Made by a program: the position numbers and the translations under genes. The notes below the pieces were generated by a model. That model worked only from the letters and a program-made list of their open reading frames with translations, made no database searches and was not told where the DNA came from. Of a stretch of DNA of 64,000 nt, positions 10,434-21,259 are shown one piece after another (within the stretch, counting starts at the first letter, position 1; every line of letters begins with the position of its first letter). This stretch comes from an uncultured Chloroflexia bacterium (GTDB taxonomy: Bacteria > Chloroflexota > Anaerolineae > Anaerolineales > Anaerolineaceae): contig CAVRPM010000008.1 in the NCBI GenBank assembly GCA_963723145.1, forward strand, positions 83,987 to 147,986, read 5' to 3'.

Positions 10434-11676
10434 TCAAGAGCTGGCTATGATTACCTTCGCACTATCTCTTGCGCCATTTTCAGTAGCGATATTCTTTGCT
10501 AATTCTTTTGCGTTCGATATGATATTTTCTTGCATAGGCATAACGAATCGATTCAGCAAATTTTTCAGAGGTAAGTTTCTTTATTGGCATCGGTTTTGGA
10601 CCAACACCCAGATCATATGCCCTTTGTGCCCAAGCAAATTGATCCAAGGCAAATGGGAATATCAAACTCGGAATTCCAGCTTTAAAACCTGCCGCTGATG
10701 TTCCCGCGCCACCATGATGACAGACAGCAGATACTTTTGAAAAAAGCCAGGAATGTGGAATATTGTCGACTGTAAATATTGTTTCAGGAATATTCTGAAG
10801 TTTCCCCATCCCGCTGATGATGGCGCGTTTACCTGCAATGGCAAGACCCTCAATAATAATTTTTGATACTTTTTCTGTTTCCTCACCAATAACCATGCTG
10901 CCAAAACCGATATAAATCGGCTTTTCCCCCTTATTGAGGAAATCCACTAAATCCATAGGTGGAAGGTATTCGTTGTGTTCTTCCAAAAACCAGTAACCAT
11001 TCTGGTGAATGTTTACATTCCAATCTGTTGGTCTCGCAAAAATAAAATTACTGCAAGAGACAATTGCTGGATGTCGTCGGTCATTATGCCTTTCGAATGG
11101 ACTACCATAATGTGCAGGCAAATGACCGAATTTTTCCTTCCAAAACGGCTTCAAGGATGCATCGGACGCCATCCAAAGCATTTTTTGTAATATTGAATAG
11201 CTGAAGGAGTTAATACCCGGCCTGGATGGGACTTTGCCATACAGGATGACAGAGGTCTGCTCCTTCGTTTTATTCAATGGAAACGGAGTTGCCAGGATGG
11301 ACGGAATGCCTATTTTTTCTGCTGCAAAATATCCAATTGCCATTCCGGGATGATATACGATTGCTTCACTGTCTTCGCAGGCGGCATAATAGTGATCCAC
11401 CATATGCACACCATATTTTTTCATTTTTTGAAAACTGAAAAACAGTTTAAGAGGATTATCAGCTTGCTGAGCCTCTCGAATCATATTCTTGTCCACATTT
11501 AGAGATTCAAAATCCACGTCTATGGAGAAAAAATCAATTCCATAACTTCGAACAAATTCTTCATGATTTCTGGATACCGCAATACGAACGTCTTTTCCAA
11601 GTCGTTTTAGTTCTATCGCAAGCGATACATAGGGTTGAACATCCCCTCGAGTCCCGCCACATAAAATTGTGATCAT
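10434..11676 (-). CDS. GT1 glycosyltransferase (sterol-glucosyltransferase-like); C-terminal frameshift near 10520
   Basis: GTRGDVQP, YIGFGSM, IPHSWLF, HHGGAGT, DQFAW; an ENG-containing tail continues in another frame to a stop at 10434. Confidence 0.85.
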
Positions 11677-11701
11677 CTGCTAATCTCCTATTGTATAAAT
11701 C

Positions 11702-11776
11702 ATCCGACAACATGTTGTATAATATACCAAAGGGTTATTTACTTATCAACCAACAATATCAAGCAATATGTCGGAT
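11702..11776. promoter_or_regulatory. putative TetR operator region between the divergent GT1 and tetR genes
   Basis: palindrome ACAACATGTTGT at 11707-11718; inverted ATCCGACA/TGTCGGAT pair. Confidence 0.45.
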
Positions 11777-11789
11777 TCGTGGGAGATCC

Positions 11790-12362
11790 ATGCACAAACA
11801 AGCTGAAAAAACTGAACAGACAAGGCAAAATCTCATTGAGGCGTTCTGGTCAATATATCTGGCAAAACGAATTGAAAAGATTACGGTAAAGGAAATTACT
11901 AATAAGGCGGGATACAATCGAGGAACATTTTACGAGTATTTCCAGGATGTTTACGAGGTGCTGGAGGTTATTGAAAATCTTTCTTTACCCACAATGGATG
12001 AATTGCCTCCGCTTAATAAGGTAAATACAAATTCGCCTTCTTTTATCAACTCCTTTATGGATCTGTATCAGGTGAAATATAAATATTACAATCACTTATT
12101 AGGGGATAATGGCGATCCGGCCTTCCAGCGTAAACTAAAGAACAGCCTCAAGTCCTCGATTATCAGGGCGTTTAAGAATAAAGAGAATATAGATCTCGTA
12201 GAAATTGATTTTATTCTTGAATACATTCTTTCAGGGATGATTGGAATTTTGTTGTACATATTTCAACAGAACCCAAATTTATCTGAAGATAAGATCGTCT
12301 CATTGCAAAATACTTTGATGCAAGGCGATATGGTGAACAAGCTCCAGAGAATGATGGAATAA
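11790..12362 (+). CDS. TetR/AcrR-family regulator
   Basis: ITVKEITNKAGYNRGTFYEYF HTH; GGGAG RBS before ATG at 11790. Confidence 0.9.
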   Translation: MHKQAEKTEQTRQNLIEAFWSIYLAKRIEKITVKEITNKAGYNRGTFYEYFQDVYEVLEVIENLSLPTMDELPPLNKVNTNSPSFINSFMDLYQVKYKYYNHLLGDNGDPAFQRKLKNSLKSSIIRAFKNKENIDLVEIDFILEYILSGMIGILLYIFQQNPNLSEDKIVSLQNTLMQGDMVNKLQRMME

Positions 12363-12587
12363 ATTGCATCTGTTCTTAAAAAGCCTACCAATATTGGTAG
12401 GTTTTCAGGTTAATAACCTACTCATATTGGTATATTGCATTGAAATCACTGGAATGATACTCTTGATCTATCTCAAGAAGAGAACCGTTTAGTAGTTAAC
12501 TAATAATCTCTCTTCTCAATTAAATTGTTCAAGGAATTAGCGCATGTTTAAACCAAAAACGACCATTTCTGGTCGTCTGGAAAATAG

Positions 12588-12659
<72 letters not shown>

Positions 12660-12790
12660 ACAGTGGAACGGAATAATACCACGTCCCAGCGTGTATTGTC
12701 AAGCAACCCTCAATTTCTCATATAAATCGCTTATATTTCTGGCCTCTCCTGCCTGCTATGATACTGATACAACAGGAAAAAGGATCCCCT

Positions 12791-13147
12791 ATGGCGTTGC
12801 TTGCTGAGTTGAAGTGTACTGTCTGCAAGGCGGGTGATATTCCTCTGAATGATGAGGAGATTAAAGAGAAGCTCACTCTCCTGCCGGGCTGGTCAGTGAA
12901 AGAAGAGAGCGGCTTCAAAAAGCTCTCGCGCGTCTTCAAATTCAAAGATTTCCTCTCTGCGCTGGGCTTCACGCACCGGGTTGGTCTTTTGGCTGAAGAG
13001 GAAGGGCATCACCCCACCCTCATCACCGAATGGGGCAAAGTCACCGTGGTTTGGTGGACTCATAAGATTAACGGCCTGCATGAGAACGACTTCATAATGG
13101 CTGCTAAAACTGACTCGCTTAATGTTAGTCAGGATTTAGATAAATAA
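12791..13147 (+). CDS. phhB: pterin-4-alpha-carbinolamine dehydratase
   Basis: FKFKDF, EEEGHHP, WWTHKINGLHENDFIMAAK. Confidence 0.92.
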   Translation: MALLAELKCTVCKAGDIPLNDEEIKEKLTLLPGWSVKEESGFKKLSRVFKFKDFLSALGFTHRVGLLAEEEGHHPTLITEWGKVTVVWWTHKINGLHENDFIMAAKTDSLNVSQDLDK

Positions 13148-13302
13148 GGATTTATCTAGATAAACCTTTGTCCAAAATTGCGAAATCTTCATCGGGTGAT
13201 GAAGCAGGAGATGTGCCCTGATCGACGCGCAGTAACCGCTTTCACGCAGGCGTCAAGCCATGTAGATTTATGCTACTGGTGATTTTTTCAAATAAGTGGG
13301 GA

Positions 13303-15192
13303 CTAATCCAGGTATGTTTGCGCCCAAAGTTCAAGACATAATAATCCCCACACACTGCGCCCGAACGCGCGTTCCGTGTCCAGCAGAGGGGTTACTTTCT
13401 CCGCGTCAAACCAGCCGCGCTGGCGCGCCGCCTTGCTCATCAGCGTATCGCGCACAAAACCCCGCACCGGCTCGCGCTGGTACCACTCACTCAGCGGCAC
13501 CGGGAAACCCATCTTGTCCTGCCGTTCAACAATTCCCTTCGGCAGCAGGGGGCTGACAACCTTGCGGAAAATGTGCTTGGATCGTCCGCCCTCGAACTTC
13601 ACCTTGGGAGGCATACTGGCCGCCAATTCAACAATGCGGTGGTCCAGCAGGGGCACGCGCGATTCCAGCGAAACCGCCATGCTGGTGCGATCCTCCACCT
13701 GCAGCAGCGCTGGCAGCAGGGTGAGCATGTCAAAGCGCGTCATCTTGTTTATATAAGACTTCAGCCCGCCGGAATTGAACACTTCCGCAAAAGCTCCAAA
13801 GGGGGAGTAGTCCTGGATGACACCGGCTGTGTCGGTATGCAGCAGCCCGCGCAGCTCCGCGCCTCGGTCGATCAGCCTGAAGTAGCGGCTGTCCTGCTCT
13901 CCAAACAACCCGCTTTTCCAGAAGTCTTTAAGCATGGGCTCGTAACCCTTAAGCTGTGTCAGGTTAGGTAGAATAGTGTCAAAGCGCACCACGTATTTCT
14001 CGGCTTCCTGTGTGCCCTGAATTCCTCCGCGAATGCACTCTTCAAGATATGCTACCAGGTAGCGTGTATATCCGCCAAACACCTCATCAGCACCCTGCCC
14101 TCCCAGCACTACTTTCACATTCTGTTTGGCGAGGCGCGAGACAAGCAATTGCGGGAAGAGGCCTGGCCCAGCCGCCGGCTCATCCATGGTGGTCATCAAC
14201 CCTCTCATCTCGTCCACAAACTGGCGTTCGTCCGGAAAAACCTCGTGGTGGATACTGCCCGTATGTTGTGCTGCTAATCGCGCATAGTGCGACTCGTCAT
14301 ACCTGCCGCCATCCCTGAACCCGCCTGAGAAGGTGTGGATAGGTGCATCCAGCAGCGAAGCTGCCAGGCAGGTGACAGTGGATGAATCCAACCCGCCGCT
14401 CAGGTGAGCGCCCACCGGCACATCCGCGCGCAGCTGGATACGCACCGCGTCTTCCAACAGCTGCTTTAGCCTGGACTCAAAATAATCCGTTGTGTGGTCA
14501 GTATCCACCCTAAAGTCCAAGTCCCAATATTTTTGGATATGTGTCTCGCCGCCCCGCCCTATGCTCATCCAGCAGCCGGGCTCCAGCTTGTGGATGCCCT
14601 TGAAAAGCGTCTTTTCACGCAGGCAGAACTGGAAGGTCAGGTATTCCGCCAGTCCGTCCGGATTGAGTTCAGGGTTCACTAGGCCGCTCTGGAAAAGCGC
14701 CTTTATCTCAGAGGCGAATGCAATGCTGCCTTTATCTTGATAGTAGTAAAAAGGTTTGATACCCAGCCGGTCACGCGCCGCGAACAGCGTGCGCTCTACT
14801 TTATCCCAGATTACAAACGCGAACATGCCGTTGAGTTTCTTTAACGCGTCCGGGCCTTCATTCATGTACAGCCGCAAAATTACTTCGGTATCAGAACTAG
14901 AAAAGAATTGGCAGCCTTTGCCCGACAGCTCCTCGCGCAGCTCCAGGTAGTTGTATATTTCGCCGTTATAGATGATGTTAAAGCGGCCGGATTCATCAGT
15001 CATGGGTTGGTGGGCCGCTTCCGAAAGGTCAATGATGCTCAGGCGCAGGTGCCCCAGCCCCAGATTCCTGTCAAACAAAAAACCTTCGTCATCCGGTCCT
15101 CGGTGCTGGATGGATTTGGCCATGCGGCGCAGGGCGCTTTCATCCGCTGCCCGAGCCTTATCGTAATGGTAGATTCCGCAAATGCCGCACAT
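13303..15192 (-). CDS. asnB: AsnB-family glutamine amidotransferase (glycan-cluster type)
   Basis: N-terminal MCGICG, HRGPD, NGEIYN, RDRLGIKP, LSGGLDSS, ESRVPLLD. Confidence 0.92.
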   Translation of the reverse strand: MCGICGIYHYDKARAADESALRRMAKSIQHRGPDDEGFLFDRNLGLGHLRLSIIDLSEAAHQPMTDESGRFNIIYNGEIYNYLELREELSGKGCQFFSSSDTEVILRLYMNEGPDALKKLNGMFAFVIWDKVERTLFAARDRLGIKPFYYYQDKGSIAFASEIKALFQSGLVNPELNPDGLAEYLTFQFCLREKTLFKGIHKLEPGCWMSIGRGGETHIQKYWDLDFRVDTDHTTDYFESRLKQLLEDAVRIQLRADVPVGAHLSGGLDSSTVTCLAASLLDAPIHTFSGGFRDGGRYDESHYARLAAQHTGSIHHEVFPDERQFVDEMRGLMTTMDEPAAGPGLFPQLLVSRLAKQNVKVVLGGQGADEVFGGYTRYLVAYLEECIRGGIQGTQEAEKYVVRFDTILPNLTQLKGYEPMLKDFWKSGLFGEQDSRYFRLIDRGAELRGLLHTDTAGVIQDYSPFGAFAEVFNSGGLKSYINKMTRFDMLTLLPALLQVEDRTSMAVSLESRVPLLDHRIVELAASMPPKVKFEGGRSKHIFRKVVSPLLPKGIVERQDKMGFPVPLSEWYQREPVRGFVRDTLMSKAARQRGWFDAEKVTPLLDTERAFGRSVWGLLCLELWAQTYLD

Positions 15193-15196
15193 GAGG

Positions 15197-16054
15197 TTAA
15201 AGGTTAATGCGTGATGCCGTTCTGCGCCGTTTCAGCGCTTCCAGCTTGTACTGCGCCACAGCTTTTTCCGAGTCTTCGCGGTAGAGTTTACGCAGTCCGC
15301 GGTACTGACTGCGCCAGCCGCCCAGCGGCCACCAATAGAGCAGCGCCATCAGCAAATAACCCAGCATGGTCAGGCTGCCCACCATTTTACTGCCGCCTTC
15401 CTTCTGGTCATAGCGCAGCACAAAAGGTACCTCAGCAAAGCGGCAACCGAGCACATTGAGCTTAACGATGATCTCCAGGGTGGAAGTGAATCCCATCCCG
15501 CGCAGCTGGATAAAGTTGTTGCCGTAGATTTCCAGTGCGTCCTTAATCACCGCTGCGCGGTAGGCACGGTAGCCGCAGGAATAATCACTCACACCGCGTA
15601 TGCCGAACATTAAACGCATGAACATGTTGGCAGAACGGCTGATGAATGCCCTGTAAGCGTCCACACCCATCTGCCCGCCACCAGGCTGGAAACGCGAGGT
15701 GTTGACCACGTCGTAGCCTTCCTTAAGCTTATCAATCAGGTCGAACAGGTATTTGGGTTCGTGGGTGTCATCGCCTTCGATACGCACAATAAAGTCTTCC
15801 GGCTGGGCTTTCCAGGCGATGAATTCAAAACCATCACGCTCAGTCTCTCCCAGCCCGCGATTGATCGGATGGCCGACGATGTCCAGTTTTAGGTTTTTGC
15901 CTTTTTTCTCAAGGATCTCGCCAGTTCCGTCGGTACTGCCGTCATTTACCACCACCAGTCGGTAATCTACGCCTACCAGGGCCTTTTCCAATTTTTCCAA
16001 AAGCCTGGGTAGATCGCGCTGTTCATTGTAAGCGGGTAATAATATCCAGATCAT
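15197..16054 (-). CDS. GT2 glycosyltransferase (polyprenol-phosphate glycosyltransferase/DPM1-like)
   Basis: LPAYNE, VNDGSTD, NRGLG, SRFQPGG, CGYRAYR. Confidence 0.88.
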   Translation of the reverse strand: MIWILLPAYNEQRDLPRLLEKLEKALVGVDYRLVVVNDGSTDGTGEILEKKGKNLKLDIVGHPINRGLGETERDGFEFIAWKAQPEDFIVRIEGDDTHEPKYLFDLIDKLKEGYDVVNTSRFQPGGGQMGVDAYRAFISRSANMFMRLMFGIRGVSDYSCGYRAYRAAVIKDALEIYGNNFIQLRGMGFTSTLEIIVKLNVLGCRFAEVPFVLRYDQKEGGSKMVGSLTMLGYLLMALLYWWPLGGWRSQYRGLRKLYREDSEKAVAQYKLEALKRRRTASRINL

Positions 16055-16064
16055 TCCATAAATC

Positions 16065-17382
16065 CTAAGAGCTAGTATCACCCAGCCGCACCAGTTCAAA
16101 TCCTGCAGCCTTCAGCGCAACTTTGTCCCACAGATTTCGTCCGTCCACCAGCAGAGGTCGTGCCATTTGCATTTTAAGTTTCTTGAAGTCCAGTTTCTTG
16201 TAATCTGAATGCGCCGTCATCAATACCGCGGCATCGCAATTTTCAGCCAGCGAGTAAAGATCACCAGCATATTGTGCTACAAACGGGTCATGCACCACAA
16301 CCTTGGCGACCTCGCCTTCGAGAAGGCTCAATAAATAATTACTGGGTGAATTGCGCGTATCATCCGAATTTTCCAGGTACGCGTACCCCAGCAGCAGAAT
16401 CTTCCTGCCATTCAGGCTGCCAAGGCAGTTTTTCAGCAGGTGCATCATATGACGCGGCATCTCGGTGTTTATTGCCCTCGCCGCAGGGATTAGGTGTACG
16501 CCTACATCCAATCCGCGCACTGCACTTGCCAGCAGCCAGGGATCTTTGGGGATGCAGTGACCGCCAACACCCGCGCCTGGTACCAGCATCTCACGGCCTG
16601 GCGATTTTCTCACCAGCTCGCGCACCTTCCACACATCCGCGCCCATGGCTTCGCAGATCAACGCTACTTCATTTGCAAACGCGATTTGAACATCGCGATA
16701 GGTATTCTCAACTGTCTTCACCAATTCCGCGGTGATCCAATCAGCCTCGTCAACTTCCGCTTCTACCACATGTTTGTAAAACACTTTCATTACTTCTGCG
16801 GTGGCATGCGAATCGCCGCCCACAACGCGGCTCATTAGGCGCAGATTTTTAATAATTTTCCCGGCATAACCCGTTCAGGGCAGTTGCCCAGGTAAAAGCC
16901 TTCACCGCACTTGCTTCCGCTGTATTTTTCCAACAGCGGGAGGGCGATCTTCTGCATGGTGCCTGGCATAATGGTAGATTCCACAATTACCAACACTCCC
17001 GGTTTCATCACGCCTGCCAGCGATCTGCATGCTTCTCTTAATGCGTGATATTCGGGGAGATGTTCGTCATTGACAGGTGTTTCCACGTCAATCAGAACCA
17101 CATCCCGGTCTTTAAGAAATGAATATTCGGTAGCTACCTTAAACTTATCCGAAGCGACCCCTTCCGCAACCAACTCTGCCAAGCCCGGCTCTTTGCCTTC
17201 GATCGGTGAAATGCCCTGCTTGATCTTTTCAATGCGTTCAGTCTTTAGATCAACACCGACCACATCAAAACCCTTCTGTGCAAAAAGAGCGGCAACCGGC
17301 AGGCCTACATAGCCCAAGCCTATGACGCCAACCTTGGCGCTGCGGTCGGAGATAACCTTCTTTAAGGTCGGTTAAGCGGCAT
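16065..17382 (-). CDS. UDP-N-acetylhexosamine 6-dehydrogenase (WbpA/WecC-like), frameshifted near 16840 and 17360
   Basis: GLGYVGLP, ESTIMPG, CPERVMPG, KTVENTYRDVQIAFANE, GGHCIPKDP. Confidence 0.88.
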
Positions 17383-17383
17383 G

Positions 17384-18377
17384 CTAAACCTCGATCACCT
17401 GGTGAGTTTCGCCGGATTCCACCAGCGCTAGCGACAGGCGCAATGCTTCCAATCCGTCCTCGCCGGAAACAGGTACAGGGGTCCCGCTTTCAATAGCTTG
17501 TAAGAAAGCTTTCAGTTCAGCCTTAAGCGGTTCCTGCTTTTGCAGTTCAAAGCGCGTCATGATGCCTTCGCTTACACCTCGTAATGTATTGAGCGGCGAC
17601 CACATATCGCTGGTGGCCTGCGCGTTTTCATAGAAAAATAGATCCTGAAGCAAATCATCCACATGGAACAGGCCTTTTTCACCTACCACCAGAGTCTCGC
17701 GGATTTTTTTGGGTGTTAGCCAGTTCAGTTCCAGAGCGCCAGTCAGGCCTCCAGGGAAGCGCAGCAAGCCAAACAGCAGGTCTTCATGGTTGGTATGGAT
17801 TTGCTGTTCGGTCTCGGCGTAAACCCGAATTGGGTTCAACCCGGTAAGGAAGCGCATGATATCCACATCATGCGGCGCCAGGTCAACAACTACGCCCACG
17901 TCGCGGATGCGGGCAGGAAAAGGCCCCGCCCTGCGGCAGAAGATTTGAAAGATCCTGCCCAGGTCGCCATTATCCAGACGTTTTTTTAGTGATTGAATGG
18001 CTGGGTTAAAGCGGATAATGTGGCCAATCATCAACTGGCGTTTCATCTCTTCAGCCAGCGCTATTAAGCGTTTGCCCTCATCCACCGTTGCGGATATGGG
18101 TTTCTCAACAAGGATATGCATTCCTTCTTGCAGTGCGAAGGTAGCAACCTTTTCATGGTCAGAGGTCGGCACAGTGATTGATACCGCATCCGGTTTTTCT
18201 TTTGTTAACATTTCACGATAGTCGGAATAAGTGGGAACCGCAAAACGGTCGGTAATAACTTTCAAGGCGTTCCGGGCTCACATCCGATGCACCTACCAGC
18301 TGAATGCCCTCCAGCTCTGAATAGACGCGCAGATGGTTAAAGCCCATTGAACCGACGCCGATCACTGCCACTCGCAT
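17384..18377 (-). CDS. Gfo/Idh/MocA oxidoreductase (WbpB/WlbA-like), N-terminal frameshifts
   Basis: [12 protein letters not shown] start at 18377 in another frame; LVEKP, GHIIRFNP, DLAPHDVD. Confidence 0.85.
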
Positions 18378-19465
18378 GGCTTATATTTCCTGCCATAAAT
18401 TCGTTTATGGCATTGGACACCACCTCAAGGTCTGCCTGGCTTAGCGAGGGATGCACCGGGATTGAAAGTACATCCAGCGCGGCTGCTTCAGTTGCAGGAA
18501 AAACCTGATGGCTGCCGAACATCTCCATATAAAATCCCTGCTTATGAATCGGGACGGGATAATACACTTCTGTGCCTATCTCTTTTTCCTTTAAATATTC
18601 ACGCAAGGCATCGCGCTTGCCTCCTGGCACGCGGATCGTATACTGGTGATACACATGCTTGTATCCTTCAGGAGTAAAAGGTGTAGTAACACCTTTAAGG
18701 TGGAGAATCGTAGAAAGCCGCATTCTGAGCGCGTTTGGCGTTATGAGTATTAAGCTTGGCCAGCTGCGCATTTCCTATAGCTGCATGCACATCTGTCATG
18801 CGGAAGTTATAACCGAGTTCATCATGATAATATCGCCTGCGCATGCCATGGTTGCGGATAACTTTACATTTTTCGGCAATTGCGTCATCGTCGGTAGTAA
18901 TCATGCCACCCTCGGCGCTGGTCATATTCTTGGTCGGATAAAGCGAGAAAGTGCCTGTTCCAAATGACCCCGCGCGCTTTCCCTTGAATTCCGCTGCGTG
19001 TGACTGGCAGGCATCTTCAATAACTACCAGGTTGTGTTTTCTGGCAACCGCCATGATCGCATCCATATCACAGGTTAATCCATACAAATGCACCGGGAGG
19101 ATGGCCTTGGTGTGAGGGGTAATAGCAGATTCAATCTTGCTCACATCCATATTAAAGGTATGCGGGTCAATATCCACAAACACTGGCGTCCCGCCTGCAT
19201 AAAGAACTGAATTGGCGGAGGCGATGAAGGTAAAAGGTGAGGTGATGACCTCATCACCATCGCCAATACCATGCGCGAGCATCGCCAGGTGCAGAGCTGT
19301 AGTCCCTGAGGAGGTGGCTATTGCATGTCTTACACCGCACAACTTGGCGAAGCCCTCCTCAAAAGCCGCAACGCGAGGCCCTTGTGCCAGAATTCCCGAA
19401 TCCAGTACTTCCAAAACAGCTTTCTTTTCCTCGTCTCCGATAATTGGTTTTGCCATATTTATCAT
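18337..19465 (-). CDS. DegT/DnrJ/EryC1/StrS aminotransferase (WbpE-like), frameshift near 18700
   Basis: [37 protein letters not shown]; YHQYTIR...SIPVHP in the second frame. Confidence 0.9.
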
Positions 19466-20067
19466 TTTGCACCTGTCCATGAATCTTTTAGAATTTCGAT
19501 CTGACGACCGCATGCGGGGCACTTTGCCACCACACTTGTTCCTTCTTCTTTAACTTTCTCCAATCGTTCACCGCATGGGCACACAAACCCGTGAAGCCTG
19601 GCGGGATTGCCAAATACAAGTCCGTAATCCGGAATATCTTTAGTGACCACGCTGCCAGAGCCTACCATCGCCCATTCGCCCAGAGTTATGCCGCAGCGAA
19701 TGGTTGAATTAGCGCCGATGGCTGCTCCACGTTTGATCAATGTTGTACTCAACACCCAGTCATCTGCTGCTTTCGGTGTTCCATCTACATTGATAGCGCG
19801 GGGGCGCATATCGTTGGTGAAGCAAACGTGCGGTCCAATAAAAACACCATCTTCTACGGTCACACCGTGATACACAGAAACATAGTTTTGAATTTTTACG
19901 TTATCGCCAATTTGCACCCCAGAGTCAATAAAAACACCCTTGCCAAAGTTGCAGTTCTTGCCGATCTGGGCATCCGGCCGTACTTGGCCTTGATGCCAGA
20001 TCCTGGTGCCTTCACCAATTTTAGCGCTATCAGCAACCTCAGCGGTTGCGTGAATGAATGGAGCCAA
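19462..20067 (-). CDS. hexapeptide-repeat N-acetyltransferase (WbpD/WlbB-like), TTG start
   Basis: left-handed beta-helix repeats; KIQNYVS, FTND, GNPAR; C-terminal CPCG..CPAC. Confidence 0.9.
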   Translation of the reverse strand: MAPFIHATAEVADSAKIGEGTRIWHQGQVRPDAQIGKNCNFGKGVFIDSGVQIGDNVKIQNYVSVYHGVTVEDGVFIGPHVCFTNDMRPRAINVDGTPKAADDWVLSTTLIKRGAAIGANSTIRCGITLGEWAMVGSGSVVTKDIPDYGLVFGNPARLHGFVCPCGERLEKVKEEGTSVVAKCPACGRQIEILKDSWTGAK

Positions 20068-20082
20068 AAGTCACCTCCAGAT

Positions 20083-21138
20083 CTAACTTGATTTAAGAAT
20101 ATCTATGATTTTATCAGCAGAATGGCCGTCCCCATAGATGTCAGGCCTGTTTCCTTCAGGATTAAAATCGTAAAACCTCGCGGCAATTTTACTGCTGTCC
20201 GCACCGGTCAAGCAATTCCATCCTGCATCCACAGTCTCAACCCATTCAGTCTCATCACGCAAGGTAATACAGCGCGTTCCCAGCAGATAAGCCTCCTTCT
20301 GCATTCCACCCGAATCTGTGAGAATACAGTCGGCATTCTTTTCCATAATGAGCATATCCAGATATCCCAGCGGTTCAATTATAAGAACATTATCCGGAAC
20401 AGCCAAAGAGAATTGATTTAGCATTTTTCGCGTTCGCGGATGGACTGGAAAAATTAGTGGTAAGTCAATTTTATCCAAACCTTTGAGGATCGCTGCCAGG
20501 TTATCACGGTCATCCACGTTTCCGCTGCGGTGCAGGGTTAAAAGACCAAAGCCTTTTGGGATCAGCTCATATTTTGCCAGAATGGTTGATTTTTCTTCAG
20601 CAGCTTTCAAAAAAAAGAAAAGCCCGTCTGCCATTACATCGCCAGTATTAAAAACACCTTTTGTAATGCCTTCCCGTTTAAGGTTTTCAATCGCCAGAAG
20701 CGTTGGGCAGAACAAAAGGTTTGCCAGCGTGTCGCTGACCAAGCGGTTTATCTCTTCAGGCATAGACCGGTTGAAAGAACGCAGCCCTGCTTCCACATGT
20801 GCCATCTTAATCATACGTTTTGAAGCGCATAAAGCGCCTGCCAGAGTGGAATTAGTATCTCCATAGGTAATGATCCACTCAGGATTGTTTGCTTCAAGAT
20901 ACCTATCTATTCCTGTCAGCATACGGCTGGTTTGTTCATTATTCGAGCCACCCCCCACTTCCAGGTTCACTGCTGGTTCATCCATACCCAATTCAGTAAA
21001 AAACAGCCGGGACATATTTTCATCATAATGTTGCCCGGTATGTAAAATTGCTTCTTCCCCGCTATTATTCCATGCTTTTGAAACCATCGCGGCTTTAATA
21101 AATTGAGGTCGTGCCCCAACAATGTGGAGGATTTTCAT
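20083..21138 (-). CDS. wecB: non-hydrolysing UDP-GlcNAc-type 2-epimerase (WbpI/WecB-like)
   Basis: VGARPQFIK, HTGQHYD, GDTNSTL, HVEAGLRS, TDSGGMQKEA. Confidence 0.92.
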   Translation of the reverse strand: MKILHIVGARPQFIKAAMVSKAWNNSGEEAILHTGQHYDENMSRLFFTELGMDEPAVNLEVGGGSNNEQTSRMLTGIDRYLEANNPEWIITYGDTNSTLAGALCASKRMIKMAHVEAGLRSFNRSMPEEINRLVSDTLANLLFCPTLLAIENLKREGITKGVFNTGDVMADGLFFFLKAAEEKSTILAKYELIPKGFGLLTLHRSGNVDDRDNLAAILKGLDKIDLPLIFPVHPRTRKMLNQFSLAVPDNVLIIEPLGYLDMLIMEKNADCILTDSGGMQKEAYLLGTRCITLRDETEWVETVDAGWNCLTGADSSKIAARFYDFNPEGNRPDIYGDGHSADKIIDILKSS

Positions 21139-21259
21139 AAATTTGCAAAATTCTATCATGATTCGTACCCCATCTTTTCGATAAAAGAATTACTACGGTA
21201 ATAAGCAATTGCTCTCTTTTCATATGGTTGTCTTCTTCAAACTGATAAAATTACATTAA

